A stretch of DNA of 64,000 nt from Monocercomonoides exilis PA203 (GCA_001643675.2 LSRY02000008.1:1426001-1490000); one strand, 5' to 3'; numbered from the stretch's first letter, positions 24,794 to 36,766 are shown. Translations and numbers: made by a program. The notes: generated by a model not told the origin, from the letters alone.

Positions 24794-26251
24794 TCAAAAA
24801 GAAAAAGAAGAGAATGATGAAACATAAAAATTTGTTTCTGTTCCAATCACGCTCTTCTCTTTGCCCATCCCAATTACTGAAATCTTCTTTGTCCCAATCT
24901 CAACTGTTGCTGTCTCGCTTGTGTGATTCCCGTCCATCAGTGTGACTAACAAGCTAATCTGCACCTCACACATCTCAAACGCCTTCTTCACTGTCAGACA
25001 AGGAAATGTTTCATTTGCCCCACACAACTCAAAATTATCATTCCCACCAACAGATACATAAATTGTCTTATCCTTCAGCCAATCCTTCTTTTCCGTGTAC
25101 TGAAATTTCCAACTCCCTGTACTCGAATAATCATATCCATAACATACTCTCTGGCCATCTGTGTTTGTTGTGTAACATTCATGAAATGGATTATTTTGGG
25201 ATAAATAGAGATTATTTTGATCATAATACATCACATCATGACCATATGGTGTGGATGTTGTTCTGCATCTGCATTCATGGAAGAACAAAAAATAACAATA
25301 AATTATCTCATTTTGCGATGTTTGTCTATATGGATGCAAATATAATCCTCCTCCAGTTGACATCGCAGAACATGAAATAAACTGAATGCTCCTCATTTTG
25401 ACTTGAACAGGAATATTATAGCAAAGCATTCCCCCTCCTTGTGTATTTGTGACCGAGCATGAAGCAAAGCTGCAGTCAAACACACACGCACTTTCCCCTT
25501 CCCCTTTTTCTTCTCCAATGCATCCTGTTTCTGAAACCTGAAAATTGTCGAGATAAAGTCCTCCTCCATTATAATTTGCTTTGCAACCCTGGAAGTCACA
25601 TCCGCTGATCCGAACACATGTGGAAATCGTTACAACAAATAATCCTCCTCCATAATGGTTTTGTGCTGTGCAAGCATTGAACGAATTGTTTGCAACCTCA
25701 ACGGATTTTATATTATAGCACATTATTCCCCCGCCCCGGCTGTATGCAATGCATCCATTGAACGTGCAATGATAAACTGTTAGTTCTCCAGAATTGAGAT
25801 TGTACATGCAGATTGCCCCTCCGCTCGATTTTCCATCAGTATACGAGTCACTTTCTCCAGTCGTCTTCGATCCGTTCCACTCGCACCAAATAAATGTATT
25901 CGGTCCATTTTCCGTTGCGTTTTGCCTCCTTGGAGTCAATTTTCTGTCTGAAGTTCCTTCGCAAACAACATTCCTTGTCCGGAAGCATCCAACAAACGAG
26001 GTGTTTGAAACAGTCAAGGAAGCCAAGGGATTGTCGAGTGAAGGAACAATTCCGCCATCATATGCATCACAGACTGATGAAAAGGAGCAACTACTCATAA
26101 AACTTGATATTTGAGAAAATGTAGTTGTTGGAGATGGGCAATCTGAAGATGCTGTTGAAATGTTGAAAAATGTGAGTTTGGAGAGGGATACAAGGGGAAT
26201 GGAAGGTGACGAGAGAAATGCGGTTGAAGATGAGATAAGAGATTCTCTCAC
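24794..26251 (-). CDS. Beta-helix paralog E (oriented away from the P2 centre, convergent with D)
   Basis: 485-aa ORF with family motifs; truncated after IGTKKISVIG...ETNFY. Confidence 0.7.
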   Translation of the reverse strand: MRESLISSSTAFLSSPSIPLVSLSKLTFFNISTASSDCPSPTTTFSQISSFMSSCSFSSVCDAYDGGIVPSLDNPLASLTVSNTSFVGCFRTRNVVCEGTSDRKLTPRRQNATENGPNTFIWCEWNGSKTTGESDSYTDGKSSGGAICMYNLNSGELTVYHCTFNGCIAYSRGGGIMCYNIKSVEVANNSFNACTAQNHYGGGLFVVTISTCVRISGCDFQGCKANYNGGGLYLDNFQVSETGCIGEEKGEGESACVFDCSFASCSVTNTQGGGMLCYNIPVQVKMRSIQFISCSAMSTGGGLYLHPYRQTSQNEIIYCYFLFFHECRCRTTSTPYGHDVMYYDQNNLYLSQNNPFHECYTTNTDGQRVCYGYDYSSTGSWKFQYTEKKDWLKDKTIYVSVGGNDNFELCGANETFPCLTVKKAFEMCEVQISLLVTLMDGNHTSETATVEIGTKKISVIGMGKEKSVIGTETNFYVSSFSSFSF

Positions 26252-29200
26252 AGAAATTCTTCATTTTTTTTGCCTCCTTCTCTTCCTCATGCCTCTTGGC
26301 GCCACGAAGCAAAATATCCAAATAAGCTCAGATTCCTTTTTCCAATCTCTTCTGCCCCTTCTGAAATGCATATTTCCCCCAAACATCCTTTTGGATGCAC
26401 ATTATCTGCCTTCTAATCTTATTCCATTCACATCCATTCCTTTTGGGTATTTACGCAAAAGCCCCTGTCATCATTTTAAATAAAAAATTTAATAAAACAA
26501 AAATATAAATAATACAAATAATATAAAAATACCCAATATAAAACTTGAAAAACATGTGCCACTTTCTTTTCGCTCTCTTGCGCTTCACTTTCCTCTTCTT
26601 CTTTATCTTATTCTGCTGTATCATCATTTTCCCAATCCCTCCTTTAACTTTTATTAAGATTTGTCGTATGTATTTTCAAAAACCTTCGAAAAAAATATCT
26701 TCTTCTCTTTTCCTTGATATTTCATCCGGCTCATTCCTCTTTACTCCCCTTCATTTATTATATCCTGATTTCTTTATATGCATCCAATATCCCCTCTTGA
26801 CATATTCCATGCTCATTCATTGCAATTGAACACTCATTCAAAATACCTAGTTTCATAAAAAAAAAATAATATATGAAAAATTATAATTAAAAAATATAAA
26901 TACACACCGTTATAATGATCATTCTTCTCAAACTTTCTTCTCCTCCTCCAAATATCGTTCCTTTCTGCAACAAAGCCCATCTGCCCCTTCTTCGCTTCCC
27001 TTCTGCTTCCTCAAAAAATAATAGCCTAAGTCCAATCCTCTGTTCTGCTTCCGCCAAAATAACCTCCACAAACTCCGTTCTATAAAAAAATGAAAAGATA
27101 TGAGCATTCCATCTGAATAACCCCTTCCCATCCCTTGCCCAAATCTTCTTCTTCTTCTCTCTATTTCCTCCAAAACAAAAATACCCCTCCACCACATATC
27201 CTCTATCTCTTCCACAAGCAATGACAAAATCTCTCCCACCTCATTCCCCATCATCCTTCTTCCAACCAATAAAAATATAAATGCATCCAATATTTTGCCT
27301 CTCTTTGGTGCAAGACACCCTTTCGTGGTCAGCCCCTCACCTTGCTCCATCCATGTCGCACCTCTGTCTCCATACCCTCAATGCAAAGTGTTGCACCCGA
27401 TGTTCCTTCTTCCCGTCTTCCTCCGCCTCCACCTCCATCCTTTGAACCGCAAATGCCTGGCGCGGCCAAGTTCTCCTTTCAATAAAAAATAAAAAAAGGT
27501 TAAAAAAATACTTTTCCCTTTTCCCCCCTTCAACTCCACTTCCCTTTCTTATCAAACGCTCGCTCACAAAAACTCTCCCCCTTGCTCCGCCTCATATGCC
27601 TCCTCCTTCTCTCTGCATTTGAAAATAAAAAAACATCCCTTTTCCATTTCTTCTCCATTTCCGATCTAACTCTTATCCTCCCCTCCAATAAATATATTCC
27701 ATTCACTCCACTCATCTTCCGCCCTTCTTATCTTCCCTCTCACCCCACCTTCAACACAATAAATTCTTTTTCTTTAACAATAAAAACACCCCGCCAACTC
27801 CTTCCAACTCACAAAAATCGAAAAAATAACCTCTCCCAACCTCATCCTTGTTTATTTCCCACACATCCATTTTGCCTCTTAAACCTCACAAAAACACCTC
27901 TTTCTCCTCCAAAAAATATTCTTTTATCGTTCCATTTCCCCTCCAAAACCCTGCCTCCTCCAAGAACTCAACTCCATCGCTCCACACCATAAATCCATCC
28001 TTTTACAATCGCATTGTCTTCATATGCCCGTTCAGCCACAATGCATCGAGTTGTGCCCCTTTTCTTTTGTGGCTCTAATTCGTTATGGAAAGTGATCAAG
28101 TTTTGCCAAATGCTCACAAACTGTCAACAGAGTGAGATTCCGAAGCTAAAACAAATACAGGTTGACTAAATGAAATATTTCCAGTGAAAAGGTTGGGTAT
28201 TACAAAAGAATATCTGCTTGATGGAAGATGAAATTGCTCATATTGATTGATGGATGGCCGTGGAGCAACAATATTTTCGATGGAAATGATGAATTTTCAA
28301 TGTATGTATTTTATATTGTTCTGTTGATTGTGAAGATATTTCTATCCGTATCCTCTCCAAAGTGGCGATTCAGACAAATTATTTAAAATGGACAATTTAT
28401 TCCATGCAGAGCAGAACAGAGAGGAAGTAAGTCAAACATTATCTTACAAATATATCATTGGAGTATGAATATATTTTATCATATATGTTTATGCAACTTT
28501 TTTTGGACTTAACATGCGCGATGGATAGAAATTCGATGAAAAATGAATATTGATGGAGCAGAAATCAACGGGATTGGAAGATGTCCAAGGCAAAAAGGAA
28601 GAATGTTCAATCTCTATGAAAAGGGAGCACCTTTTGAGATGGTGGGGACATTTTCAGAAAAATTTTGTTGGGGTGATTGGGACAAATGACTGAAACAGGT
28701 GATTGAAATTGGTTGAGACAGAGCAAGGCGCCTTTCTTGGGATGAGAAGGGCAAGACATTGATTTTATGGACCGGGTGGAGCGATGGAACTGCTTTTAAT
28801 TGCTTGGCTTGAGAGGCGAAAATACGAGAAAAACAGACAATTTGGCGTTATACAGGTAGCTGGAGGCAAATGACAGGCGAAATGGACTTTGAATCATTTG
28901 AACTTTGCCTTCAGCCTTATGTCATTGAAGGGTTATCCATTGAAGCATAGAACGAGGTTGCGATGCTGAGAGTATCTTCTGACAGAAGATACATAGTATT
29001 CAAACTTGACAATAGCATCGCGTTCACCATCTTTATCATCTTCATCTCTATCATGGCAGAAAAGAACAATATTTTGAGAGGCTTTTGAAGAAGAAGAAAG
29101 TGTGTGAAGATTGGCGATAAATATATTTTTAGAGTGTGTTTTGTATTATTTTTTTTTCTCTATTTTTTCAAATATTTATTTATTTTTAGGGATTAAGATT

Positions 29201-29751
29201 TATGGAAGGACATTTTCAGACAATGAATGAACATGGGAAAAAGAGCACATAGGATGCTTTTCAGAAAGCAGGCAATGACAATTTTTTTAGAACATAGAAG
29301 AATGAGCCAGAGGAAATAAACGAAATTGATAGAAGAGAAGACCTTTGAAGATCTATGCAGCGATTTGAAAAAGAAGAAGGCAAAGCGACAGAAAAGAATA
29401 ATCGGAAAATTGAAGAGATGGCTGAAGAAGAAATGTGACAGGAAGTCAAGAAGGATATGAAGAAGAAGAGATTGGTGAATTAGAACATTGAGAAAAGAAA
29501 ATGGTACTGGTTTTTCATATTTTTAATATCAATTTTATGTATTTTGCATTTTTGTAATTTTTTTTAATTTTTTGTTTTATTAAATATTTTTTAAAAAAAG
29601 ATAATAAAGGCTTTGCATGAGCATTCAAGTGGAATGGATGCAAATGGAATATAGAAAGAAGGCAAAGACGGAAACAGAAGAAAAAATAAGATTTTTGTGA
29701 AAACATTCCTATCAGAAGGGGAAGAAGAGATAGAAAAATGAATGCGCCATA

Positions 29752-31372
29752 TTGAGATATTTTGCTTCATTGCTACAAGAAGCAAGGGGAAGAAAAGGAA
29801 ATGTTGAAGAAAGAGTTTTAGTATGCGAATTTCTTATCTCATCTTCAACCGCATTTCTTTCATCTCCCTCTTTCCCTCTTGTTTCACTCTCCAACCACTT
29901 TTTTCAACATCTCAACAACATCTACAGATTGCTCATTCCCAACCACTTCCTTATGCCAAACCACATGCTTGATGAATAGCTGCTCATTCCCATCAGTCTG
30001 TGATGCATATGATGGCGGGATTGTTCATTCCCTCAACAACCCCTTGGTCTCTTTGACAGCCTCAAACACCTCGTTTGTTGGATGTTGCAGGACAAGGAAT
30101 GTTGTATGTGAGGGAAATGCAGATAATAAATTAAAGCCAGATAGACAAAATGAAACATTCAACGGAGCTAATACATTCACTTGGTGTGAATGGAGTGGAT
30201 CGAAGACAACTGGAGAAATTGACTCTAATACAGACGGGATATCGAGTGGAGGTGCAATTTTCATGTACAACAAGGGAAATGGAGAACTATTTGTTTCACA
30301 TTGTCTGTTTAATAACTGTTATGCCTATTGTAGAGGCGGTGGGATTATGTGCCTAACAATTAAGTCTATTCATATCGAAAATACTGTATTTAATGCGTGC
30401 ACAGCGCAAAATCAACATGGAGGAGGAATGTATGCGTATGGAATTTCATCATGTGCCCGAATCAGCGAATGTAAATTCCAGAATTGTAAAGCAGTTAATT
30501 ACGGAGGAGGACTTCTTTTTGAAAATTTTCAGGTTTCGGGAACAGGATGTATTGAAACAGAAAATGGAGAAGGAGAGAGCGCGTGTGTGTTTGAGTGCAG
30601 TTTCGCATCATGTTCAGTTACAAACAATTATGGCGGAGGCATGTATTGTTGCAATGTTCCTGCTACACAATTCAAAATGAGGAGCATTCAGTTTATTTCA
30701 TGTTCAGCACGGCAAGAGGGAGGGGGCTTGAGATTGCATCCAAACAGACAAACCGTACCTGATGATGGAATCTATTGTTATTTCCTTTTCTTCCACGAGT
30801 GCAAATGTTCTAACAACCCACCTTACGGCCATGATGTAATGTATCATGATTACTACAGTATCTTTTTATCTTCAGACAATCCGTTCTATGAATGCTACAC
30901 CACAAACACAGATGACAAAAGAGTGTGCTATGCATACAACTTCTCGAATGCAAACGTGTGGTCAGTCCAGCACACGGAAAAGAAGGAATGGCTGAAAAGA
31001 GGGATTCTCAATCGATTTGTGGCAGTGAGCGGAGGAAATGAAGAAGAGTTGTGTGGATTGGATGAGTCAACTGCATGTCAAACCATTGGTATTGCTGTTG
31101 AAAAGAGCGTGATCCAGGTGAGTCTGTTAGTCACACTGATGGAAGGGAATCACACAAGCGAGACAGAAACAATTGAGATTGGATCGAAGAAGATTTCAGT
31201 CATTGGGAAAAGAAGAGAAACATGTTCTATTAGAACAGAAACAAATTTTTATATTTCATCATTCTCTTTTTTATCTTTTTCATCACTGTTATTGCCTGTT
31301 TTTAAGATTTTTGTCTGTTGGAGTTATTCCGCTAGAAGCAGAAATGAATCAATTCATTCTGCAATCAGATGA
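29752..31372 (+). pseudogene. Beta-helix paralog F with a frameshift near 29895 present in both arms
   Basis: ORF 29752..29979 (..PLVSLS) and ORF 29879..31372 (TFFNIST..) are in different frames; the mirror copy has the same lesion. Confidence 0.75.
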
Positions 31373-31748
31373 GCAGCGTAGATGAGGCAGATGGATGAGT
31401 TGATTGAAAGGGGAAATATATGAAGAATAAAGAAAGAAGCCATGAAAATTGATCGTTATAAAAGGCATGAATTTATTTTTAATAAATAATAAATATTATT
31501 TTATTATTTTATTCTGAAATTAGGACATTTAAGCGAGAAGATTTACAGCCGATGAAAACATGTGGAATGAGAGATGCTGGAAAGAAGGTAAAAGTTGACA
31601 ACAGCCAAAAAAAGAGATTTTGTGGAAAGACAGATGAGGAAGAATGTTGGAATGTTATTTCCATTTTGAGGTGCTGAAGGGAAAGATGCATTTCTATTGT
31701 TTTACAAAAAACTTTTCAGAAGGTGCAAAAGAGGCAGGAAAATGAAAT

Positions 31749-33374
31749 TTGAACTTCTCCGAACATTTTGCTTCATTGCTGCGAGAGGCAAGGGAAGTGA
31801 AGGAGGTAGAAAAAAGAAAAGTTTCAGTGACCGAATTCAATTTTGCCTCTTTTTGCATGTCTTCTGCTCCATTCCTCTCATCACCCTCAATACCCCTTGT
31901 ATCCCTCTCCCATCTGACATTTTTCAATATTTCAACAGCAAATGATGCATGTTCACCTGCAACAACCACATTCTCCCAAGCCTTTTATCTGATGAGTAGT
32001 TGCTCCTTTTCATCAGTCTGTGATGCATATGATGGCGGGATTGTTCCTTCCCTCAACAATCCCTTGGCTTCCTTGACTGTTTCAAACACCTCATTTGTCA
32101 GATGTTGCCGGACAAGAAATGTTGTATGTGAAGGAACTGCAGATGGAAAGTTGAAACCAGACAGACAAAATGATACATTCAATGGAACAAATACGTTCAC
32201 TTGGTGTGAGTGGAGTGGATCGAAAACAACGGGAGAAGCTGACTCGTGGACGGATGGAGCGTCAAGCGGAGGGGCTATCTGCATGTTCAGTCAATCAAAC
32301 GCCTCTGTGTCTGTGTCGCATTGCACTTTCAACAACTGCTATGCTCATTATGCAGGAGGCGGTATAAATTGCTACAATATCAAATCTGTTGAGATTGTGA
32401 ACAACACCTTTGATTCTTGTACTGCGCAAAGTTATCGTGGGGGTGGAGTATTCATTTATTTGATTTCATCGTGTGTTCGGATCAGCGGATGTGACTTCCA
32501 GGATTGTAAAGCAAATAGTGTTGGGGGAGGACTTTATCTTGATAATTTTCAGGTTTCAGTACAAGGATGCATTGGAACAGAAAGTGGAGGAGGAGAGAGT
32601 GCGTGTGTGTTTGACTGCAGTTTCACTTCATGCTCAGTTTCTGGTTCATATGGCGGAGGCATGTATTGTTGCAATGTTCCTGCTACACAATTCAAAATGA
32701 GAAATATCAAGTTTATCTCATGTTCAGCATTTTCGCATGGTGGGGGATTGGATTTGTATCCATACAGGCAAACATCGCAAAATGATATTATTTATTGCTA
32801 TTTCCTTTTCTTTCATGGTTGTAGATGTTCAAGAGATCAGCCTCATGGCCATGATGTATATTATGAAGATCGATATAGCCTGTATTTATCCTCGAATAGT
32901 CCGTTCTATGAATGTTACACCACGAACACCGATGATCAGAGAGTATGTTATGGATATGATTTATCGAATTCTGGGAGTTGGACATATCAGCACACAGAAA
33001 AGAAGGATTGGCTGAAGGATAAGACAATTTATGTGTCAGTGAGCGGGAATGACACCTCTCCGCTTTGTGGGGCAAATGAAACATTTCCTTGTCTGACAGT
33101 GAAGAAGGCGCTTGAGATGTGCGAGGTGCAGATAAGCTTGTCAATCACACTGATGGAAGGAAATCATCAAAATGAGGCAACAACGATTGATATTGGAGAA
33201 AAGAAGATTTCAGTTATTGGGACGGGTAAAGATAAGAGTTCGATTGGAACAGGAGCGCTTTCATCGACAAGAGCGCTGTTCAGTGTGACGACAGGCCATC
33301 TTGGTTTATTGCACATGAAGGTTGATTGCAACTCAAATGGAAATCCTCATTCATGCATGCTAAAGCATTGTTAA
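31749..33374 (+). CDS. Beta-helix paralog G (centre-proximal, ends DCNSNGNPHSCMLKHC*)
   Basis: 541-aa ORF; same 3' junction to the core as paralog B. Confidence 0.75.
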   Translation: MNFSEHFASLLREAREVKEVEKRKVSVTEFNFASFCMSSAPFLSSPSIPLVSLSHLTFFNISTANDACSPATTTFSQAFYLMSSCSFSSVCDAYDGGIVPSLNNPLASLTVSNTSFVRCCRTRNVVCEGTADGKLKPDRQNDTFNGTNTFTWCEWSGSKTTGEADSWTDGASSGGAICMFSQSNASVSVSHCTFNNCYAHYAGGGINCYNIKSVEIVNNTFDSCTAQSYRGGGVFIYLISSCVRISGCDFQDCKANSVGGGLYLDNFQVSVQGCIGTESGGGESACVFDCSFTSCSVSGSYGGGMYCCNVPATQFKMRNIKFISCSAFSHGGGLDLYPYRQTSQNDIIYCYFLFFHGCRCSRDQPHGHDVYYEDRYSLYLSSNSPFYECYTTNTDDQRVCYGYDLSNSGSWTYQHTEKKDWLKDKTIYVSVSGNDTSPLCGANETFPCLTVKKALEMCEVQISLSITLMEGNHQNEATTIDIGEKKISVIGTGKDKSSIGTGALSSTRALFSVTTGHLGLLHMKVDCNSNGNPHSCMLKHC

Positions 33375-34972
33375 TGAAGTGTGCTTTGGGAGTGAATGCA
33401 CAACAGTAGAAAATATCTTTTTGTTTGGTACATGATGCATCCTTATGCAATAAGTTATGCAAATGGTCACAAGCGTTGAGACATTTATAGTAATTTTTTT
33501 ATTGTTTCATTTCTTTGTTAGTTTGTTTTGAGGAATTATAAAATTCGGTTAATCGATTTTTGTTTGAGAAATGGGACGAAATATTTTGCTTTATGAATTT
33601 TGTTCCATTCTACTCAAATAAATATTTTTCTCAATTTTAGAATTTTTCTATATTAATTTGATATAAAAATAAAAGACTTATGATGATAAGGTTGAGAAAA
33701 GTTTGGAACAAACCGTTGTTTTTTTCATGAATGAAAAAATTTACCCCAAATCAATGAAAATATGAACACAAAGTTAATTTGATGACGATGTGATGGTATT
33801 TTTTTGCATCAAATGGACATTTTTTCTTCTTTTCCGAATGAATGCAATAAAAAACAAAAATAGCACCATCCAAATTATGAAAAAGATGAGTCAATTTTTT
33901 TTCTTTTTTTTTTTTTTGAAATTCTAATTTTTGGATAAATAGATGAATACTTATTTCTCTCTTCTTTCTTTCTTTCTTTCTTTTATATTTTTTTAATTAG
34001 AATAATAGAACATTTACGAATTGTTATTGGAAAAGATAATACACCTTGATGATCAATCGCATGATATTTAATTGAACAATTTTTATTTTTTGTTTTTGTG
34101 TTGTTTTTGTCAAAGAATTTGGAAAAGAATATTTTTTGAATCGATAAGAAGTTTGAAATCTGTTCAACTTGTTCGAGATTTTTATCAAATTTTTTATGAA
34201 AAAATTAATCATCCTTTTTATTCATATCATATTAATCATAAGAAACTGACATTTCTGAAATTCTTCCTTCATAATTTAAATGCAATCCTTTTATTTGAAT
34301 CGAGTTTGTGAATCTTCGAGAAAATCAAAAACACTCAATATTATTTTTGATAATAATAATTCAGTTGTTGATTAGTGAGATATTGATTTTGACAACATTT
34401 GTTGAGTCAGATATTCATCAACACCCCCATCCTCATTTTTTTGAAAATTATAATCCTTTGTTATTTTTGTCAGTCTCATATAATCATCAAGACACATCCT
34501 TTGAAACATGAAATAAATGATCGACAAGTTTGGAAATGTTATTGTTATTTGGGAATGATTTCTGTGAAGTTCTGTTTATCATTTGTTGATGTCTCAAACA
34601 GATCTTGAGTTGTGTTGTGATGTTCTTGTGATCAGAGACTGGCCCGTATTTCCATTGACATTTTTGAGACCAGTTATTTTTCCTTTGATGAATGAATCCA
34701 CCATTCACACATTTTTATTTCATTTCTCCAAACATTTCATATCTTTCAAAAACACTTTTCCAATATTCATTGATCAATTTGCCAATTGTTCATCTTATCG
34801 AATTCTCTCTTTTTTTGAAAAGTCACAAATGTTTGATTTTTTGATTTTACCAATCATTCTATTCAAATTCAAACATTTCTATTCAATCTGAAATATTTCT
34901 TCTTGTTTTCATATCCATTTTCATATGTGTTATTCTTTTAGAAAAATCTCAAACGGATTATCTTCGGTTCAA
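33344..34972 (+). repeat. Centre core, copy 3
   Basis: Paralogous to 5101-6577 plus a 175-bp extra segment. Confidence 0.9.
33573..33747. mobile_element. Possible MITE-like 175-bp insert (GGG...CCC ends, imperfect ~24-bp TIR, AAAT direct repeats); mirror 36361-36537
   Basis: P1 core reads gagAAATcaatg. P2 reads gagAAAT-gggacgaaatattttgctttatgaa...ttcatgaatgaaaaaatttacccc-AAATcaatg. Confidence 0.5.
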
Positions 34973-35166
34973 CTGAAAACTGAGTTTTTTTTTAAGTTTC
35001 GTGATAAATGCTTCAGATTAGTTAATAGATCCTACGAATTCAAATCAATGTAATTTGCTTTATATGGCTAGTATTGTGGAGATGTCAAAGGTGATGTGAA
35101 AGCTGATGAAATAATGAGATGTTCTATTGAACCGAAGATAATCCGTTTGAGATTTTTCTAAAAGAA
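34933..35166. other. Central fold-back of P2 (~234 bp foot to foot), diverged relative of the P1-centre element
   Basis: Foot ttcttttagaaaaatctcaaa resembles P1 ttctttttgaaaagtcacaaa. The reverse complement of 35077-35131 aligns loosely to 6549-6605. Confidence 0.55.
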
Positions 35167-36766
35167 TAACACATATGAAAATGGATATGAAAACAAGAAG
35201 AAATATTTCAGATTGAATAGAAATGTTTGAATTTGAATAGAATGATTGGTAAAATCAAAAAATCAAACATTTGTGACTTTTCAAAAAAAGAGAGAATTCG
35301 ATAAGATGAACAATTGGCAAATTGATCAATGAATATTGGAAAAGTGTTTTTGAAAGATATGAAATGTTTGGAGAAATGAAATAAAAATGTGTGAATGGTG
35401 GATTCATTCATCAAAGGAAAAATAACTGGTCTCAAAAATGTCAATGGAAATACGGGCCAGTCTCTGATCACAAGAACATCACAACACAACTCAAGATCTG
35501 TTTGAGACATCAACAAATGATAAACAGAACTTCACAGAAATCATTCCCAAATAACAATAACATTTCCAAACTTGTCGATCATTTATTTCATGTTTCAAAG
35601 GATGTGTCTTGATGATTATATGAGACTGACAAAAATAACAAAGGATTATAATTTTCAAAAAAATGAGGATGGGGGTGTTGATGAATATCTGACTCAACAA
35701 ATGTTGTCAAAATCAATATCTCACTAATCAACAACTGAATTATTATTATCAAAAATAATATTGAGTGTTTTTTGATTTTCTCGAAGATTCACAAACTCGA
35801 TTCAAATAAAAGGATTGCATTTAAATTATGAAGGAAGAATTTCAGAAATGTCAGTTTCTTATGATTAATATGATATGAATAAAAAAGGATGATTAATTTT
35901 TTTCATAAAAAAATTTGATAAAAAATCTCGAACAAGTTGAACAGATTTCAAACTTCTTATCGATTCAAAAAAATATTCTTTTCCAAATTCTTTGACAAAA
36001 ACAACACAAAAACAAAAAATAAAAATTGTTCAATTAAATATCATGCGATTGATCATCAAGGTGTATTATCTTTTCCAATAACAATTCGTAAATGTTCTAT
36101 TATTCTAATTAAAAAAATATAAAAGAAAGAAAGAAAGAAAGAAGAGAGAAATAAGTATTCATCTATTTATCCAAAAAATTAGAATTTCAAAAAAAAAAAA
36201 AAAGAAAAAAAAATTGACTCATCTTTTTCATAATTTGGATGGTGCTATTTTTGTTTTTTATTGCATTCATTCGGAAAAGAAGAAAAAATGTCCATTTGAT
36301 GCAAAAAAATACCATCACATCGTCATCAAATTAACTTTGTGTTCATATTTTCATTGATTTGGGGTAAATTTTTTTCATTCATGAAAAAAACAACGGTTTG
36401 TTCCAAACTTTTTCTCAACCTTATCATCATAAGTCTTTTATTTTTATATCAAATTAATATAGAAAAATTCTAAAATTGAGAAAAATATTTATTTGAGTAG
36501 AATGGAACAAAATTCATAAAGCAAAATATTTCGTCCCATTTCTCAAACAAAAATCGATTAACCGAATTTTATAATTCCTCAAAACAAACTAACAAAGAAA
36601 TGAAACAATAAAAAAATTACTATAAATGTCTCAACGCTTGTGACCATTTGCATAACTTATTGCATAAGGATGCATCATGTACCAAACAAAAAGATATTTT
36701 CTACTGTTGTGCATTCACTCCCAAAGCACACTTCATTAACAATGCTTTAGCATGCATGAATGAGGA
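35127..36766 (-). repeat. Centre core, copy 4 (mirror)
   Basis: Reverse complement of 33344-34972. Confidence 0.9.

Noticed and set aside
613-33374. Diversity-generating retroelement as the source of variation
   Set aside because: No reverse transcriptase and no template/variable repeat pair with adenine-specific changes seen; variation is patchwise.
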